Source of the DNA: Candidatus Xenolissoclinum pacificiensis L6
GTDB lineage: Bacteria > Pseudomonadota > Alphaproteobacteria > Rickettsiales > Anaplasmataceae
NCBI GenBank assembly: GCA_000512675.1
Contig: AXCJ01000009.1
Coordinates: 14,809-78,808 of the forward strand
Length of the DNA: 64,000 bases
Reading direction: 5' to 3'
The notes under the pieces are model-generated. The model made no database searches. It worked only from the letters and a program-made list of their open reading frames with translations, and was not told the DNA's origin. Below, one piece after another: positions 20,650 to 29,529 of this stretch; position 1 is the stretch's first letter; every line of letters starts with the position of its first letter. The position numbers and the translations under genes were made by a program.

Positions 20650-21799
20650 TATAAGATCCCATAATATCCCAAATTTTCATTGGTTACATTTTCTAGCAGA
20701 GAGAAATTATGGTACTAATTTACTGAGAGATAAGTTAAAAAGTAGCACTCTTGAAGCAGTAATTCCTGGAAAATTAACCGTTTGCGCAAAATTATTCATA
20801 ATACTAATCTTTATAAATCACGTAATATAGTAGAACGTTTCTTTCAAAAGATAAAAAGATTTAGCGACATTGCTATTTGCTTTGACAAAACTTCTAGGTT
20901 CTGTTGACATAAGGAAATAACAAATAGCCCTAAGAAGGTATTAAAAGATAAAATGCAGTGATAACAGATTATAATATTCCCTATGACAAAATATCATCAC
21001 CTAGAAGACAGAGCATGGCAATTTATCGAGCAACAGAAAAGAAAAGCATATAAAAACCCTGAGAAAATACGTCTATTTATAGAAGGGGGTATATTTCATA
21101 TTGAAAGGAGGATCTCAGTGGAGATATTGTTGCCAGAAGTTTATGGTAGATAGGAGACAGTATATAGATGATTTATAAGGTGAAAGAATAAAGGAAGATG
21201 AATAAAACTGTTTAAAAGTGTTGCGTGCGGGGGATTTTCAAGAAGTAATGATAGACAGTACTATAGTTAGAGCACATGCGTGTGCAACAGGGTATGGCAA
21301 AGAAAGAAGGCTTAGGAAGATCTAAAGGATGATTTACTTCCAAGATATATGCCTTAGTAGATACATTGGGAAATCCCTTGAAGTTTATTATTATTGGAGA
21401 AAATCGTAATGATATTATAAAAGCAGAAGCTTTGAAAGAAGACATTAAATCTACAACAGTGATCGGAGATAAAGGATATGATAGTAAGAAATTTCGTGAT
21501 CATTTAGATGATAAACAATGTAAAATAGTTATTCCTCCTCGTAGAAATAGAAAAGTTCAGTATGAATATGAGAAGCATATCTATATAGAAAGACATTCAA
21601 TTGAATGTTTTTTCGGTAGACTTAAGCATTTTATACGGGTGTTTTTTCGTTTTGATAAGACTAATCCTCTTATCAGGCCTTTATTGACTTTGCCTCTACC
21701 TTAATATATCTACGTTGATATATGTCAACAGAACCTAGAATATACCTTATTACTTTTTTAGCATATCACTAACTCTAAAACTTTAGGGATATTACCTAA
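20650..21799 (+). mobile_element. IS-B relic (IS5 family), 5'-truncated and interrupted by IS-A
   Basis: Residual reading frame ...LLRDKLKSSTLEAVIPGK...NIVERFFQKIKRF...FDK is typical of an IS5-family C-terminus. It continues after the IS-A insertion to the terminal ...ttacctaaa at about 21799. Left boundary approximate. Confidence 0.6.
20894..21738 (+). mobile_element. IS-A: IS5-family (IS427-like) element, transposase inactivated
   Basis: Perfect 13-bp IRs gttctgttgacat (20898-20910) and atgtcaacagaac (21722-21734), flanked by CTAG on both sides. Track ORF 21366..21704 holds the DDE C-terminal half (GDKGYDSKKFRDHL...IPPRRNRK...YIERHSIECFFGRLKHF). The N-terminal half is broken by stops and frameshifts. 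Confidence 0.8.
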
Positions 21800-21964
21800 A
21801 CCCTACTCTAACAACAGTCTTCTGGAAAATAATAACATAATTAATCCATCAGAAACCTATCTCATTTTTACATTAGATCAATAAAATTATCATCGAACCA
21901 CTCAGGAACAAATAACATAGTCATCCTCCTGAACACAGAACTTGTATAGGATATCACAAGTACT

Positions 21965-22945
21965 TTAAGAATTCTGATTCCCAAATAATGAATTTTTTAT
22001 CAATACAGCCCCCCATGTGAAGCCTGCTCCAAAACCAACTGTTAATATAGAATTATCTGATGAGATATCCCCTCTTGCAATATAGTAGTCTAAAGCCAAA
22101 GGAATAGATGCGGCAGATGTATTCGCATGCTTATCTACTGTAACAAGAAATTTTGACTTCGGTATATTCGTCTTCAATGCAATTGCATCAATAATACGCT
22201 TATTAGCCTGATGCACCACAATCCAAGGAAGATGATCATAACTGACATTATGCTCTTTAAATGTGTTAACAATTGTCTCTGAAACATAATTAATAGCACA
22301 TTCAAATACCTTACGGCCTTCCATACATATGTAGCTCTTTTCTTCAGAAAAGAGTCCTCCTTTCGTGGATAATATACCACTCAACTCTCCATTCGAAAAG
22401 ACAGATGTAGAAATAATACCTTGATCTTCATCATCAATATTAGATAATAATATCGCTCCTGCTCCATCTCCAAATAAAGTACATGTTGTTCTATCTTGGT
22501 AGTTAAGAATTTTAGACATACTATCTGCACCTATTATAAGAGCATGTTTTATATAACCTGTTTTAATATACTGATCTGCAACAGATATAGCATATATAAA
22601 ACCAGAACAAGCAACTTGCATATCAAAGGCAAAAGCATTGCAAGCATTGATGCTTTTCTGAGTAATATGACTGCAACCAGGAAAAAGAGAATCTGCCGTC
22701 GAAGTAGCAACAATTACAGCATCTATCCTTCTAGGATCAAAGTTAATTGATTCTAAGGCTACCTGTGCAGCACGTATGCACATATCTGATGTTTTCATTC
22801 CACCTGTAACATACTGTCTTTGCTTAATACCTGTTCTTTGCGTAATCCATTCGTCAGACGTATCCAAAAACCCAGAAAAATAATCATTATTGATTGTGTT
22901 CTCTGGCAAAAAAGACCCAATAGCAATGGGAATAGAATTAGGCAT
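21965..22945 (-). CDS. fabH: 3-oxoacyl-ACP synthase III
   Basis: Active-site region VACSGFIYA, VHQANKRII and GFGAGFTWG motifs; downstream of plsX. Confidence 0.95.
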   Translation of the reverse strand: MPNSIPIAIGSFLPENTINNDYFSGFLDTSDEWITQRTGIKQRQYVTGGMKTSDMCIRAAQVALESINFDPRRIDAVIVATSTADSLFPGCSHITQKSINACNAFAFDMQVACSGFIYAISVADQYIKTGYIKHALIIGADSMSKILNYQDRTTCTLFGDGAGAILLSNIDDEDQGIISTSVFSNGELSGILSTKGGLFSEEKSYICMEGRKVFECAINYVSETIVNTFKEHNVSYDHLPWIVVHQANKRIIDAIALKTNIPKSKFLVTVDKHANTSAASIPLALDYYIARGDISSDNSILTVGFGAGFTWGAVLIKNSLFGNQNS

Positions 22946-23964
22946 TATATTATTTCCTCTGTTGAATTGACAATATGGCTATTAATATCATTATGCACAG
23001 CATAATAAGCCACTTTGATAGCATTTGCAAAAAAACGGGCATCTGATTTACCATGACTTTTGACAACTATACCATTCAACCCAATTAAAATTGCGCCATT
23101 ACGCAATGCTGGATCAAAACGAGACATTTCCTTTGATATTCTATACTTCGATATAAGAGAACTGATAGGAAAGAAATATGATTTCAGTGCCTTACGAATC
23201 GTGTCTTTGAGCATATCAAATACTCCCTCTGCTGACTTTAACAATATATTACCAGTAAACCCATCTGTAACAACAACATCAATAGATGAGTGAATCAAAC
23301 TATCTGGTTCGATATATCCATCAAAGTTAATCATATCTCTATTCTGAGAAAGAGAGATGAACGCTTCTTTCAAACTATCCTTCCCCTTATTTGTTTCAGA
23401 ACCAATATTAAGCAAAGCAACTGATGGATTATCGACCATCATTACCGCCCTAGCAAAAGCTGTTCCCATGATAGAAAACTGTACCAAAAATTCTGAGCTA
23501 CACTCTGTATTCGCTCCCAAATCCAGAATAGCAAACTGTCCTTCAATCTTAGGCAAGACTGTTATCGCAGCCGGTCTATTAATATTTGCTAACATTCCCA
23601 ATACAAATCTAGACACAACCATTAACGCTCCAGTATTACCTCCTGAAACCATAGCATCTGCTTCGCCATTCTTTATTGCCACTACCGCCATATACATACT
23701 AGAATCCTTCTTATTCCTAATGACTAATGATGGTTTATCATCAGGTAATACGACATTAGGAGCATCGATAATCTCATACTCAATATTTGCTTTCGCAAAT
23801 CTACCTTCCACACGACTTTCAATCTCGGATTTTTTACCAAACAGCTTAAAATACAAATTTGCAACTTTATGCTGTTTTTGAAACAATTCTATTCCTTCGA
23901 TCACAACACCAGGAGACTTATCTCCCCCCATGACATCTACTGCAATTACGATTTTATTTTTCAC
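22945..23964 (-). CDS. plsX: phosphate acyltransferase PlsX
   Basis: IAVDVMGGDKSP N-terminus, SGGNTGALM and VVTDGFTGNILLKSAEG motifs; rpmF-plsX-fabH synteny. Confidence 0.95.
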   Translation of the reverse strand: MKNKIVIAVDVMGGDKSPGVVIEGIELFQKQHKVANLYFKLFGKKSEIESRVEGRFAKANIEYEIIDAPNVVLPDDKPSLVIRNKKDSSMYMAVVAIKNGEADAMVSGGNTGALMVVSRFVLGMLANINRPAAITVLPKIEGQFAILDLGANTECSSEFLVQFSIMGTAFARAVMMVDNPSVALLNIGSETNKGKDSLKEAFISLSQNRDMINFDGYIEPDSLIHSSIDVVVTDGFTGNILLKSAEGVFDMLKDTIRKALKSYFFPISSLISKYRISKEMSRFDPALRNGAILIGLNGIVVKSHGKSDARFFANAIKVAYYAVHNDINSHIVNSTEEII

Positions 23965-23983
23965 CTCTTAACACCAGATAGGT

Positions 23984-24160
23984 TTAATTATTATTACGAG
24001 CATAACTCTTCCCCTTATAATATAAATTGACAGATAATCTACCAGGTAAAGTAATATCTCCAGTAGTTGATTCATATACTGCTTGCTTTAATCCCGATTT
24101 CGAATGAGAATTTCTTTGTCCTCTTTTCATAGGAGTAGTTTTTCTTTTAGGAACCGCCAT
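23984..24160 (-). CDS. rpmF: 50S ribosomal protein L32
   Basis: Hand-translated 58-aa ORF, below the track cut-off: MAVPKRKTTPMKRGQRNSHSKSGLKQAVYESTTGDITLPGRLSVNLYYKGKSYARNNN. Canonical MAVPKRK start; sits directly upstream of plsX. Confidence 0.9.
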   Translation of the reverse strand: MAVPKRKTTPMKRGQRNSHSKSGLKQAVYESTTGDITLPGRLSVNLYYKGKSYARNNN

Positions 24161-24503
24161 AACTTAAAATTGAATAAGATACTATTTTATTCTCTTAATT
24201 CTAACAATGTTGTTTTTTATAATCAATAATGTCGTACCACAATTGTCTCGAACTTAGTTTCTCCATACTAACGTAACAGCATATTACAATCCCAGCGCAA
24301 GCAACAATTAAAAACCGTAGTACATATTTATAAATAAATTTACAAATAAATATTGAGTTCTTTTGGTCAGCTTCGCCATAAAAACAAACACAACACTCCG
24401 AATGAATCACAAAAAACAGAGAATATAACTACCTACTTTAATCACTTGTAATAAAAAATCCTGTAAATATAGATTTAAAAAATAATTTTCACACGATCTA
24501 ATA

Positions 24504-24826
24504 GGCACCGTTAACAAAGGTGTGAACTTAGTTTAGAAAGCATGTCACAAATAACATATAAGAAATGATAGATAGAAGATCATACCCAATTGAAAAATTT
24601 GTGAAATGATATTGCCAATCATCGAAAAGAGTTACATCTGGAAAAGACGACCACCGATCATTAGTCATTATCAAGTATTCTATGCAATATTATATGTAAC
24701 AAGAATATATGTATTAAGAACGGAACTACCATGGAGTGATCTCCCTAAGTGCTATGTAAGATGACCCAGTATATATATGAGATTCCAAAATGAAAGGAAA
24801 TAGTATCTATTTTACAATTTTTTTTG
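24504..24826 (+). mobile_element. IS-D partial relic (IS5 family, N-terminal DUF4096-type region)
   Basis: IR ggcaccgttaacaaaggtg. About 320 bp colinear with the reverse complement of 59440-59766. Translation RSYPIEKF...SGKDDHRSLVIIKYSMQYYM... is broken by stops. Confidence 0.7.
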
Positions 24827-25197
24827 CAAAATGCCTATTCCCATATACATTCCACAACGCTCATATCCCTCTTTTTTAATAAATCTTCCGTAACATTTAT
24901 CTTTTTCAAATCCATATAGTGCTAATACAGTGCCCTCTCATACTAAATATCTGTACAAATGAAATAGTGATGTAAACAAATTTGAATACAACATAATTCA
25001 ACAAATAGCCACCAGAAAATAGTAAAAGAGGAACATAATAAAACCAACAAGTCAGAAAATATTATGATATAAGAAAGAAAAATATATACATAACATCACT
25101 ACTCATATGCAATAAATATACTAATAAAATTCATCTCTATTAACCTAATACATTAAAGTAAAACTAGACTACCTAATTATACCCTCAGTTTTTAATA

Positions 25198-25602
25198 TTA
25201 TTTTCTTCTCTTTATTGCATCCTGGATGTGATCTTTAACCGCTTCCTTGAGATGATCTGCAACTCTTTCCCTGAAAGTTTGCTCTTCCTCCTGAGATTGA
25301 TCCTCCGCTGTTTTTGCTTGTTGATCCTGTCCCATGTGGTTTCCAACAGCATCCTTAAGATGATCTTTAATTCTTTCCCCAAAACTTCTACTTTCCTTCT
25401 TATTCTGTTGTTCATCTGTCATTTGTTCACCGCCATCATTTAGATCATTATTTTGTGTATCTGGCATTTTTTTATCTATCTGTTGTGTATCTGGCATTTT
25501 TTTATCTATCTGTTGTGTAGCTGGCCTTTTTTGATCTGTCATTTGTTTACCTCCATCGTTTAGATCATTAGTTTGTGTATCTGGTGTTTTGTTATCTGAC
25601 AT
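25198..25602 (-). CDS. hypothetical charged repeat protein (likely disordered)
   Basis: 134 aa. Nested repeats: PDTQxNDLNDGGxQMTD x2, QQIDKKMPDT x2 (30-bp DNA units at 25451-25540), F[GR]ER[IV]xDHLK[DE]AV x2. Confidence 0.45.
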   Translation of the reverse strand: MSDNKTPDTQTNDLNDGGKQMTDQKRPATQQIDKKMPDTQQIDKKMPDTQNNDLNDGGEQMTDEQQNKKESRSFGERIKDHLKDAVGNHMGQDQQAKTAEDQSQEEEQTFRERVADHLKEAVKDHIQDAIKRRK

Positions 25603-25687
25603 ATGTGTAACTTTGTAATTTAACGTTAATAAAATAATGTATAAATATATTTATTTTATTAATATGCTCTGTGCAATAAGTAGACAT

Positions 25688-26503
25688 TAGACCTCCTGTG
25701 AAATTGCAGAAAAAAAAGTATATGAGAATAATATCAACATATGAATAGCATGATGAAGCTAAGAAGGATTGTAAGAAATCATGGGGGTTTTTATACTATT
25801 TGGTATAATAAATAAATTCAATAGGATAGTTAAGTTCAGAAGATATGTTATTGTCATTATACTACCGTAGTTATGTTACACAGGAATTTATAGGATGTTC
25901 ATTTGATCTTCACAAGTCTGCAAATTCATTAGAAAACTAGCACCTATTGTAGCTAGTCTTCTACGTATCACCAAAAGCAAAAAATTATCTAAGGAATATA
26001 CAGAAATGCTGATTATAGATGCTACTGAACAAGCGATTGAACGTCCTAAAAAGAAACAGAAAACATACTATTCGGAAAAGAAGAAGTCTCATACTATCAA
26101 AACAGAGATCAGAGTGAACGACAAGGGTCGTATTGTGCAGATCTCTAAATCCTATCCTGGTTCAGTACATGACTTTAAGATATTTAAGCAACAGGAATTT
26201 CCGCCTTCAGAATCTAAAGCATTGGTAGACTCTGGCTATCAAGGGATTGATAAATATCATAAAAGATCACTTCTACAGCAAAAGATCATAATACCTTGCT
26301 TGCAAAAACTCGTATTAAGGTTGAACATGTTATTCGTAATCTTAAGACTTTGAATATCCTTTCACATAAATATCGTAACAAGAGGAAGAGATATAATCTC
26401 AAATTCAATATCATTGCCAGTATTGTCAATCTAAATCATGGTTTCTAGATAAACTCCCATAGTAGTATCTCTGTTTTATCACCATAATCTCACAGGAGAT
26501 CTA
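25688..26503 (+). mobile_element. IS-C: DDE_Tnp_4/Harbinger-like IS5-family element, frameshifted
   Basis: IRs tagacctcctgtgaaatt (25688-25705) and aatctcacaggagatcta (26486-26503), 16/18 match. Track ORF 26006..26353 (IDATEQAIERPKKKQKTYYSEKKKSHTIKTE...PGSVHDFKIF...VDSGYQG). The C-terminus continues in another frame (LAKTRIKVEHVIRNLKTLNILSHKYRNKRKRYNLKFNIIASIVNL). Confidence 0.8.
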
Positions 26504-26519
26504 TTAAAGTAAAACCAGA

Positions 26520-26723
26520 CTACACACCACGAGTAGGCTTATTTCTTTCGCTCATCCTGACTATCTGCTCTATTACTCTTTCTCCTAGTTCCTGTGCTAC
26601 TGCCTCCTGTGCACGTCGTCGCATACCTTCCTGTGCACGTCGTCGCATACCTTCCTGTTCAAGTCGTTCTTCTTCCCTCATCATTCTCGCCTCACCCATG
26701 CGAGCCTCTTCACTCATAAACAT
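26520..26723 (-). CDS. hypothetical small Arg/Glu-rich repeat protein
   Basis: 67 aa from the ATG at 26723 (the track ORF starts at TTG 26738). Exact 24-bp tandem duplication 26606-26653 encodes EGMRRRAQ x2. Visibly higher GC than surroundings. Confidence 0.3.
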   Translation of the reverse strand: MFMSEEARMGEARMMREEERLEQEGMRRRAQEGMRRRAQEAVAQELGERVIEQIVRMSERNKPTRGV

Positions 26724-27094
26724 AACCTTTCTACCCAAAAATTGTTAATTCTTATATCCTGATTGTTTATTTGTTACAATCAATAAAATATTAACATATA
26801 AACTATATTTAGTCAATTAAACCCCTACAGGACATGAGTAAATATATCAACATTTCATGATTTTCTCCTTGATCATCAAAATTACTATATCTTACCCTAT
26901 CAACAAAACTAAAATAACAAATAAAACATAAGAGTCAATCTTGCATATTTCCTGCTGAAGTAAACTGAAGTATTTTATCTAAAAAATCGTAATTCATATT
27001 CTCAGGTAAGAATATTAACGATATCAAAACAGAAACTCACAATAGACAAATCCAATACATTCTTAAATATGAACCCAAATACGTAACAACTAAC

Positions 27095-28015
27095 TTATTC
27101 TGGAATACGGAAAAAATCATATTTCCCAATATCCCGATGTAATCTCTCTACTAGTGAACTACATTTCGTGAATATATTATCATTAAGATTATTGCGTATC
27201 CATGTCATTTGTCTCTTTGCATAGTTACGGGTATTTTGTTGTATCTCATTCACCATATGTGAAAAAGAACAACGGTCATTTAGATAGTTTGTGATTTCTT
27301 TCAACCCTATACACCCATGTGCACTTCTTGAGAGCTGAAGATGTTGTATATTTTGCACTTCTGAAATTGCCTCATCCTGTATTATTGCCTCCGTACGTTG
27401 ATTAATTGCCTGATACAAGTCACTTCTATCAGGTAACAATGCATACAATACCAAATTAGCATTCTCCAGAACTACATTTCTTGGAGATTTTGAAATTAAC
27501 TCTATATATGTTTGACCATACTCCAAATAAGCAGATATATTTTTCTTAAAAGTGTAAGTATTCAAGTAATCCACTTTACAAAACCCAGAGTACTGAGCAC
27601 ACATATTTTGAAACAAGCTCTTCCGATCACATTCATCCACCATATCGGATGCAGTTTTCTTGGACATATCCGAGACAACAGGTATATTGCTAATACCCTT
27701 GATCAACGTATGAATATACATACAAGAACCACCAACAATTAACAATGGCGTCCTATCCTCAATATTTGAGCATAACTGTCTAACCGATTCTACCCAATGC
27801 ATTACTGAGTATTCATCCGCCACACTACAACAGGAATACAGGGAGTAATCACGTCTATTCTCGGGTTGAGCAGTAATAATAGGTAATTCTCGATAAACCT
27901 GTTTTGAATCAGCATTAACAACCTTTACAAAAGGATATTCCTCATATATCTGTTGTACAACACCAGACTTTCCCGATGCTGTAGGCCCAGTAATGACGAA
28001 AACATTTCGCATCAT
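27095..28015 (-). CDS. miaA: tRNA dimethylallyltransferase
   Basis: P-loop GPTASGKS, DSKQVYRELPIITAQP, GGSCMY and YAKRQMTW motifs; 306 aa. Confidence 0.93.
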   Translation of the reverse strand: MMRNVFVITGPTASGKSGVVQQIYEEYPFVKVVNADSKQVYRELPIITAQPENRRDYSLYSCCSVADEYSVMHWVESVRQLCSNIEDRTPLLIVGGSCMYIHTLIKGISNIPVVSDMSKKTASDMVDECDRKSLFQNMCAQYSGFCKVDYLNTYTFKKNISAYLEYGQTYIELISKSPRNVVLENANLVLYALLPDRSDLYQAINQRTEAIIQDEAISEVQNIQHLQLSRSAHGCIGLKEITNYLNDRCSFSHMVNEIQQNTRNYAKRQMTWIRNNLNDNIFTKCSSLVERLHRDIGKYDFFRIPE

Positions 28016-28725
28016 CAGTCCACCAATAACTCTGTATCCTCATCATATTCTTCTTCAATTCCCTGTTCAACACTTGAAGAGGTATTGCGATGCTTTTTAC
28101 TGGTTGCACGTACAAACCGTTGTCTTTTCTCGTTCCATTTCAAAGTCTTACATACCAATTGATAGGACAACAAAATAATCTGATCCTCTAATATGATAAT
28201 ATCTTGTCTTTGTGATATATCAGGATTTAACACACTCGAGTAAAACAAAGCATTCAAGTGCTTCTTAAAAGCTACAAAAATAGAGTTCTGTTCTAACGAC
28301 ATATTGTTAATAATACTCAATACATCTTGCTCACCACCATTATCACAATTTGCCTGAAGAGCCGCAAAAGGAAACTTCATATTCTTATCCTGATTCTTGG
28401 ATTTGCTATAATAAGTCAATTTTTGTTTCACAGAATCCCAGTAAAGAGTCTTAGAGACTAACTGATAGGACATAAGAACCACATCTCCTTCAGACGTGAT
28501 ATATATATCCTGCTGATCCTCTGCTCCTGGACCAATGCACTTATAATATAAGTCATGCAATTTTTGCTGATAAACAGGTCCATACTTATTATTATTGGTA
28601 GGTTGCCCATAACCATTCTTGAAACTCTGATGATTATAATAACCCCGAACCGCACTATTTTTAGATTTTACATACTCCCGTTGATCAACTATTTCCTTAT
28701 CTTCTAAATCTTTTGTATCATTCAT
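28015..28725 (-). CDS. hypothetical protein with internal domain duplication
   Basis: 236 aa. Two modules of about 40 aa (aa 71-111 and 173-214) share DI.I....[IV].L[ML]SYQLV.KTL.W. Acidic C-terminus. The stop overlaps the miaA start. Confidence 0.5.
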   Translation of the reverse strand: MNDTKDLEDKEIVDQREYVKSKNSAVRGYYNHQSFKNGYGQPTNNNKYGPVYQQKLHDLYYKCIGPGAEDQQDIYITSEGDVVLMSYQLVSKTLYWDSVKQKLTYYSKSKNQDKNMKFPFAALQANCDNGGEQDVLSIINNMSLEQNSIFVAFKKHLNALFYSSVLNPDISQRQDIIILEDQIILLSYQLVCKTLKWNEKRQRFVRATSKKHRNTSSSVEQGIEEEYDEDTELLVD

Positions 28726-29529
28726 AAATAATAATTTTTCTAATACATAAACAACATAATAGTATTATGGCATTGATATCAAGATTACCCTGTTAAACTA
28801 GCCCCTTAACACAAAAGATAACTTTATACCATTTCGATAATAATTTCAATGTTCTCGGCTTAATTATGACATACATTTAATGTAAAAAATACTGATATCA
28901 AACATTTTACACTCAATACACTACTACAATGTAACACAATCTATAAAGAGAGTTAAGATACATAATATATTTCTTTATTATTCTATATTCATATCTTGTA
29001 AATATAAAATCCTCACTACCATTAATCTACCGAGATATTACTACTTCTAAATGCTATAAGTTATATATATTTTTAAATAAACAACATAATTCCTAAAATT
29101 ATTGTTAACAACACCAATATCCAAAGCAATTAATTGAAAATCATCCAATTTACAGATGAGTGCTTATCATAAAGTATCTAAAAAGACAATAACAAGAATC
29201 AGAAAATAATACAAACTAAAACAATAAGAATTTAGATAAAGTTATTTTATGTTACATCCTTTTTATTCTCATTTTTTTACAATTCATGTGTATTCCTCAA
29301 TTAAAATACAACATTCAACTAAATAATTTTGATCCCTGGGAACAGTCTATACGACTTAATGCAGTACTGAATCGAGAAAATGATTAATTTTACCCACTAT
29401 CATACACTCTGGGTCATGGTACATCATCCACACTAGACTTTTAACTGATTTAAATGTTTCTATAAATATTTTAGCACCTTACCACCTGAGAAGGTGCTAT
29501 ATACATCTTCACGAACAATGGCGAGCTGA

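Noticed and set aside
23060-23881. Plus-strand ORFs 23060..23293 and 23357..23881
   Set aside because: Antisense to plsX, which is supported by strong motifs and operon context.
24201-24410. 69-aa ORF upstream of rpmF as a yceD (DUF177) equivalent
   Set aside because: Too short, Cys- and hydrophobic-rich, with none of the DUF177 acidic or CxxC layout. Likely spurious or a tiny membrane peptide that I cannot support.
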